DNA of 64,000 nt, from the NCBI RefSeq assembly GCF_006345805.1, contig NC_042997.1, forward strand, positions 41,726,001 to 41,790,000. Direction: 5' to 3'. Of this stretch, positions 52,571-63,468 are shown one piece after another (position 1 is the stretch's first letter; every line of letters starts with the position of its first letter). Below the pieces are notes generated by a model. The model was not told the origin of the DNA, did no database searches, and worked only from the letters and a program-made list of their open reading frames with translations. This DNA comes from Octopus sinensis. Its lineage: Eukaryota. The translations under genes and the position numbers were made by a program.

Positions 52571-53751
52571 GAGATGATATATGTTTGTTCATGTATATAT
52601 ACTTATGAACTGTTATTAATATGTAATGGGAAATTCCTTACATCTTTACATATGTAAATTGCAATAAGGAAATGAAACGTGATGAGGAATCAACACCAAA
52701 AACATTTCTATCTTCCTGTTATACATATACACATATATGTACACAGCCGCATGTGTGAGTGAGTTCGTATATCCCTTTGTCCCCATTAATAATCCCAGGT
52801 GTTGTTTACTTGTCTTGCACATTGTAACTATGTCTAGGTTCCTTGACGTGTACAGACATACTGTACGACCTTTGTCAATATAGGGTTCTTTGAAATGGTG
52901 TCTTCAGTTTCCAGTTCTCCATATAACCGTGTTAGGTCTGTCTTTTGCATGAGAGACTGGGAGATTTATTACTTGACTTGGAACAGACTAAGAAATCTCG
53001 CAGACAAGCTCTAAGTCTCAGACCACTAACTGCCAGCCTATGTTGTTAAGTTCATTCGTTTCCTGAGAAGAACTGGGCATTCACAAGTTATCCTCTGTCT
53101 CCCGTTTTCTCATGAGAAATTAGCCAATCTGGCTTGTGTATCACCAGATTCATAGTTGGACAAGAGGCTGGTAGGTTACCTCGAGTTCTGAAGTTAGTGT
53201 TGACAAAAACAGGATGGGGTTGAGAATAAGAATCTCTTCCAAAATGTTTATTCGCAATTTTATGAAAATAATCTTTATCTGGACATTTGAAAACTCATCT
53301 CTGTAAAGTTTAATTTAAAGAAACCATTATTGAAAAGCTTACAAGGAATCAGTCTAGTGTGGGGGCACTAAACTGTACATATGCATCATGTTCTTCCTTT
53401 GTGTCTCTTCTGTTTTGTATTTGGGGGTCATTGTTTATGTACATATTTGACAACTTTACAATATTCCTGAGTATAAAATAATTAATAACTTATGTCATTG
53501 TATAACGTATTTAATGAAGGAAGCTTTTAAAATACAATAAACAATAAAATATGCTGTTAATTACAGGATGCGATATTCAAGAAAGAATAATGTGTGGGGT
53601 TGTCAGGAGGAGGAGATTTGGTATAGAGGCCCTTAGAACATGGAAAGGAAATTGCATAAACAAATGGAAAAAATATAAAATTCTTGGAAATACTTTCACC
53701 ACAATTTACAACACAGAAATATTAAATAGAGCAAACAATAAACCATAGAAA

Positions 53752-54330
53752 CTACCCTTTTCCTTTCTTCCCTGTTTGAATATGTTTGTGTCTTTTGAAG
53801 TCAGTACTTTGAGAGAATGATTTACCACAGACATCACAGTGATATGGCTTCTCTCCTGTATGAAGACGTATGTGTATAGATACAGCACTCTGTTGAATGA
53901 ATGATTTACCACAGATATCACAATGATATGGTTTCTCTCCCGTATGAAGACGTATGTGTTTTGTTAAGTTACTATTGTCAGAGACTGATTTACTACAGAA
54001 ATCACAATGATATGGTTTCTCTCCAGTATGAATATATTTGTGTGTAGATAAGTGACTACTGTTAGAGAATGATTTACCACAGATATCACACTGATATGGT
54101 TTCTCTCCTGTATGAATACGTTTGTGTCTTGTCGAGGCTCTATTTTCAGAGAATGATTTACCACAGATATCACAATGATATGGTTTCTCTCCTGCATGAA
54201 TACGTTTGTGGGAATTTAAGTTACATTTGAGAGAGAAAACCATTTCACAGATGTCACAGTCATATGACAATTTTCCTTTCTCTTTCATTTCAGAGGAAAT
54301 CAATTCTTTATTTTTCTCACTCTTTTCCAT
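53752..54330 (-). CDS. C2H2 zinc-finger protein (6 fingers, last one degenerate); possibly truncated or pseudogenic
   Basis: Repeated C-x2-C-x12-H-x3-H with (T/A)GEKPY linkers; last finger ends HKHIQ; in-frame stop ~20 codons upstream of the Met. Confidence 0.8.
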   Translation of the reverse strand: MEKSEKNKELISSEMKEKGKLSYDCDICEMVFSLKCNLNSHKRIHAGEKPYHCDICGKSFSENRASTRHKRIHTGEKPYQCDICGKSFSNSSHLSTHKYIHTGEKPYHCDFCSKSVSDNSNLTKHIRLHTGEKPYHCDICGKSFIQQSAVSIHIRLHTGEKPYHCDVCGKSFSQSTDFKRHKHIQTGKKGKG

Positions 54331-55156
54331 TATTTTCCCCTCAAATTCCAGTAAAAATATTTTTCTTGCTTTATTCTTACACTTTACTCCTCAGAAATAC
54401 TTCTACTGTTGTATTTCAGTGATGTTACCTTTGTTTAGCAGCAATTATATAAATTCTGTGAAGTTTCACCAGCAGAGGGGCTCCTCTTTTAGACACTCCA
54501 GTCAGTGATGTTCACAAACTTGGCTAATAGTATTATTTCAGAGCAAATGTTTCACAGGAATTCTACAACAGATTTATAGAAACAATGTTATACATCTGTT
54601 TTGTATAATATTTTGCTTTATTCTTTAAAAAATGGTAAATATTGAGGATGTTTCTTCTGTGATATCAACGTCATCTGATGTTTTGAAATTATAGAGAAAC
54701 AACAGTGTAAGGTTTAGAGGCTATGTAAAAAATACAGATTCATTTCTGTTGATGTCAAAATAAACATTCAACAACTGAATAATTTTTTTTTTACATACAC
54801 ACACAAGCTTCAACGTATACATATGTGTGTGTATACACCGCCAGAAGTTGTTGACAAACAACGGCAGTAATTTTATTCAGCTGAATATACATCATTGATT
54901 GGTTGAAATTACCGAAATACGACAACTTTAACACAAAATAACTTCGAAAATAGAAACTTTTCTCAGCAACGCTAAGAGTGAAAGATGTTTTATGACACAT
55001 CCTAGCAGTATCCGAAGTTTCAAAGTGTTTAGTTAAAAAAAATTAATTAATCGATCTGCCCATGAAAAGGAAAAGATCTAATTAGCAACAGGTTTTTACA
55101 GGAATACAAGAAACACCCAAGAATTGTAATGGGGTTTGGTGTCTTAAAAGCGGGTG

Positions 55157-55350
55157 GAAATGAGAGAGAGTGAGAGTGAGAGAGATAATGAGATAGTTTG
55201 AGAGAAAGAGAGTGAGATGTACAGTGAGAGATAGAGAGTAGGAGGGTGAGAGAGAGAGAGTGAGAGAATGTGTGAGAGAGAGAGAATGAGAGACAGAGTG
55301 AGTGAGAGAGAGAGGGTGGGAGAGAGAGAGAGAGAGTGAGTGAGAGAGAG
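55157..55350. repeat. (GA)/(GAGT)-rich simple repeat
   Basis: Direct reading. Confidence 0.9.
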
Positions 55351-55477
55351 TATTTCTTTATTCACTATAAGGTTGAGAAAAAGAGGGGGCAATACGGGGA
55401 CAGACAAAACAAACATTGGGGTCAGGGTATCGAATGAGACAAAACTTATGAATAAACAAAGAATTAAAATATATACA

Positions 55478-55990
55478 ACTAGCAGTATCGCCCGGTGTTG
55501 CTCGGGTTTGTAAGGGAAATAACTATATAAGCATTTTTAGAGAGTTACTTCCTTTATAGATGCCAATTCGGGCTTTCTTAGCCATTTCTGTTTTGGTGTC
55601 TTCAAGCCATGATGTCGTTGTTCTAAAAGAACGCTGGTCTCCTTCACAACGCATTACGACGTTGATTTCCTCCCTTCCCCACAGCTTCACGAGGGAGGGA
55701 AGAAGGGGGAGAAGCAAACACAGGTGCAGGTGTTTGAGCGTGGACGCCAACTCCGCCGCCATCGACACACGAAAAATTATGCATTAAAATGGAATAAAAA
55801 ATGATGTTAAATTATTTTTTAAATCGTAGACTCATCGTAGACGTGCGCTAATAGCCAGACGGGCTCGATATTAATCACGACTATAAGATACCCGAATTTG
55901 GTTAAACTGCACCGCAAAATGTGGGAGGAGTTAGGAATCTAAATCGTAGGAGACAGACACTCACACAACTACAGTTTTATATATATAGAT
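55478..55990 (+). mobile_element. Helentron/HINE-like non-autonomous element
   Basis: Begins actagc..gcccggtgttgctcggg (short hairpin), ends ttttatatatatagat, resembling DINE-1/HINE termini. Confidence 0.55.
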
Positions 55991-56573
55991 TAAATGAGAA
56001 TGAGTGATTAACACAAAATGAAGCGGGGGACGCGGCTGACCCCACAAACCACAAACTCACACTGAAGACTTTGCTTTCTCCTTTTTTTACATTCTCGATT
56101 AAACAGGTTCTTTCACTCGCAACACACTTGCTATAGACTTCCATCTTTTACGAAACACACTTTGCGACAGGCATTTCTTCTCCAGCCTTGAGAGAGAGAG
56201 AGTAAGACAAAGAGAGAGAGAGAGTGTGAGAAAGAGAAGGAGAGGGAGAGAGGAAGCAAGATATAGCGAGTGAAAGAAAGTGATAGACGTAGGAGGGGCT
56301 GTGTGATAAGTAATTTGCTTATGAACCGCAGTATTCTGGGTTCAGTCCCACTGCGTGGAAGTCTGGGCAAGTGTCTTCTACTATAGCCTGGCGCCGACCA
56401 AAGCCTTGCGAGTGGATTTCGTAGACGGAAACTGAAAGAAGCCCGTCCTATATATGTATGTATATATATATATATAACGTGAAGGTTTACGAAAATAAAC
56501 AAAAGACGAAGGCAGGTGGAGTACAAACAAACAAATGTATTAGTATGGCGCTCAGGAATAGAAATAGAAAAAG

Positions 56574-56611
56574 TCTTTTACGTTTCGAGCCTACGCTCTT
56601 CGACAGAAAGA
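56574..56611 (-). ncRNA. Minimal type-I hammerhead-like motif, one core mismatch, in a probable Penelope-like fragment (~56470-56690)
   Basis: UCUUU-CUGUCGA-A-GAGC-GUAG-GCUC-GAA-ACGU-A-AAAGA: stem I UCUUU/AAAGA, stem II GAGC/GCUC, palindromic ACGU stem III; A6 replaced by U. Confidence 0.55.
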
Positions 56612-56682
56612 TACACAGAAAAAAAACGGAGAGAAACAAGGAGAGAAAAAAATGCGTGTTGGAGCTAACAGTCTATCATGGC

Positions 56683-56719
<37 letters not shown>

Positions 56720-57133
56720 ACCCCTCAACATCGCCTGATAACCGTTGCGGGTGTGTATACGGTGCGGCGAAAGAGACCGATAGAATAAGTACAAAGCCTA
56801 CAAAGAATAAGTCCTGGCGGGGCGTGGGGGTCGATTTGCTGGAATAAATGCACTACTACAGCATGGCCGCAGTCAAATAACTGAAGAAAGTAAAAGATAT
56901 TAAACGTGTAGATTTATAACTTTTAGAGTTAGTTCATTTATTTTCCAGTGTTAGGGATGGGGTGTATAATATATTTATACATTAATAATTATATATTTAA
57001 TTATTAATATATATACGTGTTTGTGTTCAGCCACCACTATCGCCTGACAACAGATGATGTTGGTGTGTTTACGTCCCTGTAACTTAGCAGTTCGGCGGCG
57101 CAAAAGACGCCGATAGAATAAATACTAGGCATC

Positions 57134-57944
57134 ATTACAGGATCCATCCGGGATCTTTTCCTTTTGAACGGCAGTTTGTAACATAATTTCTAGGTAACTA
57201 AATACTTTTAAACTTCGTATACTGGTAGAATGTGTTTATAAAACAACATTTTCTCTTGGTTTTATTGAAAAAATTCTATAGTTTGTAAGATATTTCGTCT
57301 GAAAATCCGAGCACTTTGGCGATTTTAACCAATCGATTACCTCCATTCAACTAAAATCATTTGCTGCGTCTAAAACTGAGACAACATCCTGTAACTAACC
57401 CTAAACCTCCCCCCTAACCCTAACCTTAACCCTAAATTTTTTTTTTATTATTACGCGTGTAAAAAAAAACTAAAGCAATGGAAAATAATTTAAACAATTA
57501 ACAAACAAAATAATTCTATAATTTTATACACACACTTTCCGTACGTATACGGAAAGCGTGTGTATAAAATTATAGAATTATTTTGTTTGTTAATTGTTCA
57601 AATTATTTTCGATTGCTTTAGTTTTTTTTACATGCGTAACAATTAAATTAATTTAACAATTAAGAAAACAAAATTTTAGGGTTAGGGGGAGGTTTAGGGT
57701 TAGTGACAGGATGTTGTCTCAGTTTTAGACGCAGCAAATGATTTTAGTTCAAAAGAGAGCATAGGATTGGTTAAAATTCGAAAAATTAAACTACGTTAAA
57801 CAAACAAATTATAATTTTCTCAAGAAAACCAAGAGAAAAAAAATGTTTTAATTTGACACATTCTACCAGTATACGAAGTTTTAAAGTGTTTAGTTAACTA
57901 GAAATTGTCTGCCGTTCAAAAGGAAAAGATCCCAGATCTGTAAT
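57134..57944. mobile_element. ~810-bp foldback (palindromic) element with telomere-like repeats in both arms
   Basis: gggatcttttccttttgaacggcag ... ctgccgttcaaaaggaaaagatccc; centre ctttccgtacgtatacggaaag (~57545); CCCTAA-like at 57395-57435, TTAGGG-like at 57676-57703; partial copies at ~58945-59288 and ~55010-55080. Confidence 0.85.
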
Positions 57945-58478
57945 CCGCCTGCCGACTTTGTTTCCTCATAACTTCCAGAAAACTTGTCACGTTTCGACGA
58001 GGATTTTTTCCCCAATTTATATCACAGTCTCCGACAAGCTGGGGCATCCTTTTATGAAAAAAATATTTCGGAAATTTTTACAATACGCCCCACAGTCCAC
58101 GCGCCCTTATCATCCCACTCTAGACCGATTTAGGCATATTTTTGTATTGTTTTTGGCCCTTCAAAACCATGGGAGAAGCCTTTTTGGTAAAAAAAAAAAT
58201 TAAGAAAATATTCAAAAAATATCGTTAATACTTTTATTGGGCGACGAAATTCATCGATTTAAGAGATATGGCTGTTGTTTCTAGCACATGCCAAGACAAC
58301 CCTCCTCGTTTGTTTATCAATGTCGATAACGAATTGCTGCCGTTGTTTAGATCGATAACAAATCTGTCTTCGATCTGTCTCTCACACACACTCCAGCCTT
58401 CATAAACATATATTTTCCAAGACACATTGCTTGTGTATATATATGTGTATATATATATATATATCTTATATATATAAA

Positions 58479-58826
58479 AATTAATCAAAATAAAAACATG
58501 ATGCTAAGGATTCAGCGGTACATATGTTTCGGGCCTTTATTAGACGGATTTATAACAATGCATAATGTGTGTCTATGGCCTTCTTCAGCCGCGTACTACC
58601 TGAAGGACATGTATTACATCAAAAATTCTACGTTGGGGATGCAAATCCTCTCATTCGCGTACGACATAGTGCGGCAACAGCATAAAAATGAAGCGGTACA
58701 TATGTTTCGGGCCTTCGTCCATCTCGTCCTTCTCTTAATGTACATTGAGAGAAGGACGAGATGGACGAAGGCCCGAAACATATGTACCGCTGAATCCTTA
58801 GCATCATGTTTCTATTTTGATTAATT
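58479..58826. repeat. Nested direct and inverted repeat enclosing a hammerhead unit
   Basis: 58479-58537 is the reverse complement of ~58768-58826; gcggtacatatgtttcgggcctt directly repeated at 58515 and 58693; 49-bp zero-loop hairpin 58693-58790. Confidence 0.9.
58515..58592 (-). ncRNA. Type-I hammerhead ribozyme candidate
   Basis: GCGG-CUGAAGA-A-GGCC..(UAGAC/GUCUA)..GGCCC-GAAA-C-AUAU-G-UA-CCGC: intact CUGANGA and GAAA core, GUA cleavage triplet (cut predicted between 58519 and 58518), stem I GCGG/CCGC. Confidence 0.7.
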
Positions 58827-58897
58827 TACTCCACCACCAAACGGTATATACAGGTGCTTACAATTATCAAGTACTCACCCTGAATTTCTGTACCCAA

Positions 58898-58899
<2 letters not shown>

Positions 58900-58941
<42 letters not shown>
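58900..58941. repeat. (TA)n microsatellite
   Basis: Direct reading. Confidence 0.97.
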
Positions 58942-58943
<2 letters not shown>

Positions 58944-59766
58944 TCGCCCAACAACGAAAGCAATGGAATATAATTTAAACAATTAACAATTCTATAATTT
59001 TATACACACGCTTTCCGTATATTTTGTATAAATAGCTGTTTACGTAACAGTGACACAATGTTGTCTCAGTTTTTAGACCGAGCAAATGGTTTTAGCTCAA
59101 ATAGAGTTGATTCATTGGTTAAAATTCGAAAAATTAAACTACGTTAAACAAACGAATTACAAATTTATCAAGAAAGCCAAGTGAAAATAATGTTTTCTTT
59201 TGACCCATTCTACCAGTATACGAAGTTTTAAAGTGGTTAGTTAACTAGAAATTGTGTTGAAAACTGCCGTTCAAAAGGAAAAGATCCGATTTTCCTACAC
59301 ATTTTTTTTTTTTTTACACCAGTTGCACTACTTTTATCTGATTTTCGTTTCCGGGTCAAGTTGTAAACATTAACTGCAACTTGGGATTCGACAAAAAATA
59401 GTTAAGTATAATAGAGTACAAATTATTATAGTTTACAAGCGAGAAGTGTATGTTTAGCAAGTGCTACCAATCGAGAACTCCGCATACCGGAAGCCTGCAA
59501 GTGTATGGGGGTCATCAGCAGAGAATGCGTGCCGTTTCGGGGCATCAATGCGCCCCCCAACTCACTAATATGAGACCCCCGCCTGCTAGAGTACAAATTA
59601 TATTAGTTTACAAGCGAGAAATTATCATTATAAAACATTTATAAACACGAAGATTATTTGAGGATATTGACTTCTAAGTCCATATTTACGTCTTTAACAT
59701 TTGTTTACACATTTTGATTATCCATAACATGTAATTCATGATAAATTTATATCGCTTATGGTAAGC

Positions 59767-59839
59767 GGCCGCGTGGCCTAATGGATAAGGCGTCTGACTT
59801 CGAATCAGAAGATTGCGAGTTCGAGTCTCGTCGTGGTCG
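59767..59839 (+). tRNA. tRNA-Arg-TCG: tRNA-Arg (anticodon UCG)
   Basis: 73-nt cloverleaf: acceptor GGCCGCG/CGTGGTC, anticodon loop CT-TCG-AA, T-loop TTCGAGT; oligo-T terminators at 59847-59850 and 59854-59858. Confidence 0.96.
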
Positions 59840-60419
59840 AATAATCTTTTAACTTTTTAAGTGAGATATTGTTAATTATGTAAAGTATATTTAAATGTAT
59901 GTATTATATGCTTTTGGTATTTAAGATTTCAAATGTATATTCGACACTTTGGAAGCCATTTATGTAAATCGAATTTTCTTCGTTCTCAAAACGACTGCAT
60001 GTGTTGTCTCCTATATTTAGTTTGAATGTATATTTTCCATTAATAATAGTTTTTTGTATTAATCTTCTTGAAATTCAGACTTTAGTATTTTTAATTATAC
60101 CTAATATACCTGGGTTTTTTTTAAAATTATATCTAATTTACCTGTTTTGAAACAGTCGAGGCATCGCTTACGTGGCTCATAACTTCGAGAAATGCTTGAA
60201 CATGAAGCAATACCAACCTCATTTTCTCCTTATATTTCTGAAGTAAGAATTTTAAAATATTCGAGAACAGTGTACAAATAACGAAAAATATTTTATAGCT
60301 TAAAACCTCAAATTCAAGGTTGAGATTTGATGTCCTTACATTTATTCTTCTGAAACTGTTTGTGTTCTTGGAATTAAAGTTATAATTAAAACTATTATGA
60401 AACGATAGAAAATTACATG

Positions 60420-60842
60420 GGCAATCTTTCGTCTCTAGTAGACCTTTCCGTCGATTTCCGTAAAATTTTTTTTTTTTTTACATATGGGCTTGCGGGAACT
60501 TTTGAAGGAGAGCGAAAGAGACTAAGAGAAAGCGATTGTATGACGAGGGAAGTTCTTTTGAAGTTACCGTGCATGTAAAGCATTGATGTACATGTGTGTG
60601 TGTGTGTGTTTGATGGGGTGTGGGAGACAGACAGTATGTTGTGTAAGTGAAGTGCTTCTGTTAGTGTGTGCGAAGAGACAGAGAGAGTAATGTGTGAAAG
60701 AGAGAGATAACTGAAATTTTTTACTCGGTGTATGTGTATATGTATGTATATTACTTCAAAAGTTCCCGCAAGCCCATATGTAAAAAAAAAAATTTTTTTT
60801 ACGGAAATCGACGGAAAGGTCTACTAGAGACGAAAGATCGCC
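60420..60842. mobile_element. MITE with ~88-bp near-perfect inverted arms just upstream of NELF-B
   Basis: 60420-60507 pairs with 60754-60842; core and inner TIR shared with 50646-51023. Confidence 0.88.
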
Positions 60843-60960
60843 GTTTACAAAATATAAAAATTATGAAAGAAAGTGCTTCAAGGTAGAAGGCGGGGACATT
60901 GAAGTACGAAACTGCAGATGATAAACAGCTGCTATCTTTCCATGGTTTCTTCAAACCAAA

Positions 60961-61006
60961 ATGACGGACGTCAAAGACCCGGCAATTCCTGCCGTCACAG
61001 AAATCA
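60961..61006 (+). CDS. NELFB: NELF-B putative coding exon 1 (MTDVKDPAIPAVTEI plus A of a split codon)
   Basis: CAAAATG context; GTGAGT donor at 61007; phase 1 matches the acceptor at 62088-62089, giving A|TG = Met in the NELF-B frame. Confidence 0.7.
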
Positions 61007-61424
61007 GTGAGTAGAAGCAAGTCTTTCCGTAAAATAACAAAAACTGATCTATTTCTTCCCTCAGCATTTTAGTTTAAAATGTTTTTTCTCATTATTCACA
61101 AATTGCGCCTATGTTTTAATCCCTGAAAGTCCGTGGCGGCGCCTAAACCCACAACCAAGAACATATTTAAAAAGTTTATTCAGTGAAAATATTTAAAATA
61201 TTCTAAGTTTAATTTGCTGGTTTAGTTTACTTGCATGTATCATTTGAAAAAAGTAGAATGTTTCTCAAGTGGTTATACAGTTTGTTTCCGATGACAAAAT
61301 CAATGTTGAAAACTATTTCACTCTTCGTATTTTCTTGCACTGTTTACACAAATATCTAAACCCAACACGTTTGTTTTCTACAGCTTCTCTTAATGATAAT
61401 CTGATAACTAATATATATATATAT

Positions 61425-61659
61425 GACGAGCGAGCTGGCAGAAACGTTAGCACGCCGGGCGAAATGCGTAGCCGTATTTCGTCTGCCGTTACGTTCTGAG
61501 TTCAAATTCCGCCGAGGTCCACTTTGCCTCTCATCCTTTCGGGGTCGATAAATTCAGTACCAGTTACGCACTGGGGTCGATGTAATCGACTTAATCCGTT
61601 TGTCTGTCCTTGTTTGTCCCCTCTGTGTTTAGCCCCTTGTGGGTAGGAAAGAAAAAAAA
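61425..61659 (+). mobile_element. Full-length tRNA-derived SINE in NELF-B intron 1
   Basis: A-box-like gagctggcagaaacgttagc, B-box gagttcaaattcc, tail gtcccctct..gccccttgtgggtaggaaagaaaaaaa. Confidence 0.85.
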
Positions 61660-62089
61660 TATATATATATATGACGTGTGTGCATATGTTTTTCATGTAT
61701 ATACATTTATACAGAACATTAAAACCATTTACTCTAAACGTTTTAACTTCAGTAAATTTCTGTTGGATTTATTCCTCAGCTAAAATTTATCTACTTTCCC
61801 TGTATATTTTATTCTGCCAATATTTTTGTGTTATTTTTTTCATCTTCTCTGACAATTTTTGTCATTTCTAGATGTTAAAATTCCACCGTCAGTTTGTGTT
61901 TATTTAAGAAATGCAATTATATTTTAAACGGTATTTCATTTCAATAATTTTTTCTTAAGTAATTTGGTAAGCATTATTTATAATTTTTTGTATTAAAATC
62001 TATGGTAAATTGTGAGGTTCTAGTTGCACGTTAAACAAAACATTGTTTTTTATTCTTTTTTAAAAATTTCCCAATTTTTGTATTTTCAG

Positions 62090-62981
62090 TGAAGGGAAGT
62101 GGTCTTGAAGATCTGGGTATGGCTGGCGGAGAATTCCTGCGTGAAGCTTTGACCAACTGTTCAGACCCACTTCTAGCTATTGAAGAATTCCAGTCTGAAA
62201 ATGGCATTCTGTTACCGTCACTGAAGCCAGCTCTTCCTTTTCTAGATTTGCATGGAATGCGACGTTTAGATTTCCATACTTCTGTTGTGGAAGAACTGAG
62301 AGAGAAACTGGTGCAGAAAATCTCAAACTTGGCCAATAGTGCTGATGAGGATCGCTTTAAAAAACTCGAGGCATTGCTGCAAAAGTGCTATCCTGCTATC
62401 AAAGTAAAAACCTTGCGTCCTGTAGTAATGTGTATATTGAAACATTTACCTGAGATTAAAGAAGATTATTTGGTTCAAATTGCTGCCAATAGGCAATACT
62501 ATGAGGAAGCTGCAACTGAAGTTAAAAGGCAGATATGGCAAGACAATCAGTCGCTGTTTGGAGATGAAGTTTCTCCCCTTTTTTCTCAGTACATTAAAGA
62601 AAAAGAAGAGACATTATTAGGACATGAGAACAGCACATCAGTTTTCTACATGCCTTCTCCTCGGATGCGACGGCAAGGAGAAGTGGTGCAGAAACTTGTG
62701 CACATGATAGGGCGTAGCTTGCAACTGTATGACATGGTGTTGCAGTTTTTACGGACACTTTTTTTACAGACTCGGAATACACATTACTGCACTTTGAGGG
62801 CTGAACTTCTTATGGCACTGCATGATCTTGAGATACAGGAAATCTGCTCTGTTGACCCGTCACATAAATTTACTTGGTGTGTTGATGCATGTGTTCGGGA
62901 ACGGTTTGTTGACACAAAGCGTGCAAGGGAGCTACAAGGGTTTCTTCATAGTATTAAACAGAGCCAAGAACAATTACTTGG
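62090..62981 (+). CDS. NELFB: Negative elongation factor B (COBRA1) coding exon 2; gene continues beyond the window
   Basis: GLEDLG..GGEFLREALTNCSDPL.AIEEFQ.ENGILLPSL.PALPFLDLHG.RRLDFH.SV.EELREKL...RQGEVVQKL..MIG..LQLYDMVLQFLRTLFL.TRN.HYCTLRAELLMALHDLE...DPSHKFTWC.DAC.RE; polypyrimidine-AG acceptor at 62088-62089, GTTAGT donor at 62982. Confidence 0.95.
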
Positions 62982-63248
62982 GTTAGTATTCTATCTGTCC
63001 TCTTTCTTTTTTTTTGTTTCAAAATATTTTGTACAAACATTTTTTGTTTATGAATCTGATTTATTAATAATTTGTGTGTGGTGGTTGCAAGGGTTTAACT
63101 GGGTGAAGAATGTGACAAGCTAAATGCAACAGATGTTACTAGTTTGTCAGTTAAAAAGCTACTAAGACAGAAATTATGAGAATAGGTTGTAATTAGGACA
63201 TAGAACAGTTAGAAATGGATTTTCAGTTTGACTACTGATATCAATTAA

Positions 63249-63468
63249 CCCTTTAGCATTCATATTAATTTGGCAAAAATAATCCTTATTTATTCACATT
63301 TAAGAAAATTTATCTGATATTATTTTGTAGCTTCAAGATAGGAAAGATGTAATTGCTTATTTTTAGAATGACATTGCAGGGTAGGTGTGAGATGCTGGCT
63401 CTGGCCAGTTTGAGCATAAAACGTGTAGAATATTTTGGCCAGATACAGCCGGTTTAAACACTAAAGGG
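63249..63468. mobile_element. piggyBac-like MITE with TTAA target-site duplication
   Basis: TTAA-ccctttagc...ctaaaggg-TTAA. Confidence 0.88.

Noticed and set aside
52600-53450. Possible solo LTR
   Set aside because: No confident TG...CA boundaries, TSD or second copy
53706-54197. VISVVNHSL-repeat ORFs
   Set aside because: Alternative-frame readings of the zinc-finger repeats
57395-57703. True telomere or chromosome fusion site
   Set aside because: Only a few degenerate units, embedded symmetrically in a repeated foldback element
58715-58790. Additional active hammerheads in the inner hairpin (UGGACGA AGGCCC GAAA)
   Set aside because: Core reads UGGACGA rather than CUGANGA, with no proper stem II or stem I partner; treated as truncated copies
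62089-63123. NELF-B as a single 344-aa ORF from GTG
   Set aside because: The GTG overlaps the AG acceptor, and the tail after QEQLLG is intron read-through past the GTTAGT donor
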